A stretch of 64,000 nt of DNA, from the IMG/VR virus record IMGVR_UViG_3300011008_000003; one strand, 5' to 3'. Each line of letters opens with the position of its first letter. The stretch's first letter is position 1. This DNA is from a virus. Lineage: Duplodnaviria > Heunggongvirae > Uroviricota > Caudoviricetes. Both the position numbers and the translations under genes were made by a program. Below are positions 62,001-64,000 of this stretch, piece by piece. The notes beneath the pieces are model-generated. The model made no database searches, had not been told where the DNA came from, and saw only the letters and a list, made by a program, of their open reading frames with translations.

Positions 62001-63275
62001 TTAGACAACAGTCATGCTACCTTTCCATTGGTCAAGCGGAATATAATCGAATACCTGCTTAACGTAGTCAACATAAGTAGGAGATTCGCACATATTCTTT
62101 TCAGGACAATCGCTCAACTTAACGACATCCTTGCCATTGACCTTGACAACCTTCATAACCATGGACAACGGCTTAATACCAGCAGTAGCAGTTACAAGAT
62201 TTGCCATGAAATAAGTACCGATACCGAAGCTAATCTTGATACGGCCGTTGAAATGCTGAGCAATCTTAATTGCCTTATCAACGTCGAGAGAATCAGACCA
62301 GCAACCAGTCTTGGTAGTCGGGTCAATACCGAGTGCCTTATAATGGGCAATCAGCATTTCGCCCCAGACAAACGGGTCACCGCTATCGTGACGGCATCCG
62401 TCGAACAGCTTCGCATAGAACTTATCGAAGTCGCGAAGGAACGGGATAAAGCCGAAATTGTCAGACAACGCGATACCAAGATCGCCACGATATTCCTGTG
62501 TCCATGCGTCGAACACTGCCTTCTGAGACTGGCGAATAGGAACGTCGTCAAGTCCCTGGAACAAAGCATACATTTCGTGTGCAAACGTTCCAATTGCCTT
62601 TACGCCATATTTAATAGCGAAATAAAGGTTAGACGTTCCGACAAAGCACTTGCAATGCTTGGCCATGTAACCAACTGCATAGTCTTGCCATGCAAAGGAA
62701 TGACGACGGCGTGCACCAAAGTCAGCGAAACCGAACTTCAAACCAGAATCGATAGCAGCGTTAAACTTATCAACTGCATCTTTAAGATTTTGCTTTGCCT
62801 TGTCAAAATCAAATTCAAACTGGCGGAGATAAAGTTCCTGGATAATTTCCATCACATAGATTTCAAACCATGTGACTTTGAGCTGTGGACCTTCTGCTTC
62901 GATTTCAAGATCGTCACCACGGCGAGTAATCTTGATGTACTTTCTCTTAAGACGGAAATCTTCAAGCCAATCAACGTAATCCGGCTTAATATAATAAATC
63001 TTGGAAAGAGCATTAAGCTCAAAAGGCTGCCAGCGAAGTGTACAAAGATGGTCGACTTCACGATTTACTGCATCGACAAGATAACCAAGATGAACGTCTT
63101 TAGAACGAAGCTTCCATTTCCACTTAGCCCATTCATTCGGTCGCTTATGAAGCAAACATTGTGTCATACTGACCTTGTAAATGTCAGTGTCACTCAAGTA
63201 ATTGATAATATACTTATCTTCATCGAGTGGTTTATAGTTCTTGATTTCTTCAATTTCTTTTTGAGAAAGTTCCAT
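62001..63275 (-). CDS. pncB: Nicotinate phosphoribosyltransferase
   Basis: DTDIYK..M, ADFGARRRHS, GTSN, GT.AHE, RHDSGDP, SDSL, FGIGT, KLSD.P.K. Confidence 0.92.
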   Translation of the reverse strand: MELSQKEIEEIKNYKPLDEDKYIINYLSDTDIYKVSMTQCLLHKRPNEWAKWKWKLRSKDVHLGYLVDAVNREVDHLCTLRWQPFELNALSKIYYIKPDYVDWLEDFRLKRKYIKITRRGDDLEIEAEGPQLKVTWFEIYVMEIIQELYLRQFEFDFDKAKQNLKDAVDKFNAAIDSGLKFGFADFGARRRHSFAWQDYAVGYMAKHCKCFVGTSNLYFAIKYGVKAIGTFAHEMYALFQGLDDVPIRQSQKAVFDAWTQEYRGDLGIALSDNFGFIPFLRDFDKFYAKLFDGCRHDSGDPFVWGEMLIAHYKALGIDPTTKTGCWSDSLDVDKAIKIAQHFNGRIKISFGIGTYFMANLVTATAGIKPLSMVMKVVKVNGKDVVKLSDCPEKNMCESPTYVDYVKQVFDYIPLDQWKGSMTVV

Positions 63276-63292
63276 ATTTAATCCTTTGGTTA

Positions 63293-63661
63293 TTAGTTAA
63301 AAGACGGTTGAAGCTTCTTAACGTAGAAGTCAATATCGCGTTCATTTTCAGGTTCGTTTTCTACACATTGCTGGTAGAACTTTTCGTCATAATATCTGGA
63401 CTTTTCTTTGAAAATGAGCTCGTAAAGTTCATTCATCATCTTATAGCGATGCATGGCACGAGTATCACCTGGCTTTTTAGCATGGGCGATAATGTACTTG
63501 AACTCACGCTTGAGCTTCTTCTTGTTCGCTGCCTTGATATAGGTCGCACACTGGTCATATTGACCGCAAGCAAGCAGTCGACCAATATCCATAGTTAGCT
63601 TACGATCCGGTACGAAGAAATTGTAAATTGCGTCAAAAATAGCGCCAAATAATTCATCCAT
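63293..63661 (-). CDS. Hypothetical protein
   Basis: AGGAG RBS. Confidence 0.6.
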   Translation of the reverse strand: MDELFGAIFDAIYNFFVPDRKLTMDIGRLLACGQYDQCATYIKAANKKKLKREFKYIIAHAKKPGDTRAMHRYKMMNELYELIFKEKSRYYDEKFYQQCVENEPENERDIDFYVKKLQPSFN

Positions 63662-63678
63662 GGCATATTCTCCTAGTA

Positions 63679-64000
63679 TTATTCGTTAATGACGTCGATT
63701 TGCTGACGCTTGAGGCAGAAGATAGCAGCCTTCTGACCTTCTTCGTCCATGTCCGCGATACAGCTTGCGTCGACGGTAATCTTCATGTTCGGGAAAGCAG
63801 CACGAAGAATAACGGCATTTGCAAGAACACAGATTGTACTTACGAAGCCCCAGATTTCGATTTCGTTGAATTCGATATTCAAGGACTTGATATATTCCGG
63901 AAGGTCAATCTTACCGAAAGTATACTTGTCGACAGAGAAGAAGAGATGCTTGCCGTCTTCGTTCTTCTTCTGAAGTTCAGCAAGAATATCCTTCTGGATT
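63679..64000 (-). CDS. Nicotinamidase/isochorismatase family protein, 5' end outside the window
   Basis: DK.TFG, G.V..ICV.ANA, VDASC; frame open to the window edge; two genes from pncB. Confidence 0.7.
   Translation of the reverse strand, partial: IQKDILAELQKKNEDGKHLFFSVDKYTFGKIDLPEYIKSLNIEFNEIEIWGFVSTICVLANAVILRAAFPNMKITVDASCIADMDEEGQKAAIFCLKRQQIDVINE

Noticed and set aside
1-64000. Specific host assignment
   Set aside because: Gene content hints at a gut or rumen anaerobe, but nothing in the window is diagnostic without a database search.

Overview
64 kb segment of a large T4-like (jumbo-type) phage genome. It carries uvsX, neck and tail genes (gp14- and gp15-like), a terminase ATPase-only paralog, TATAAATA late promoters, and long minus-strand arrays of small accessory genes, including rtcB, a SpoT-type HD hydrolase, nadE/pncB/pncA, purA-like, aroE, hsp20, a PARG-like macrodomain, vWA and radical SAM genes. 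About 55 tRNA genes cover all 20 amino acids, almost all in six minus-strand operons. Main finding: each operon is headed by the same module of promoter, short leader-peptide ORF, a segment at the ORF end complementary to a terminator arm, and an intrinsic terminator. Each leader is enriched in the codons read by the tRNAs of its own operon, down to synonymous codons. This suggests a ribosome-stalling attenuation array that switches on replacement tRNAs when a given tRNA runs short. Also present are nine copies of an unrecognised RNA scaffold, several carrying tRNA parts, plus anticodon-less tRNA mimics and large ncRNA candidates. All tRNA and RNA structure calls were read by eye, so boundaries may be off by a few nt. 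No database searches were run.
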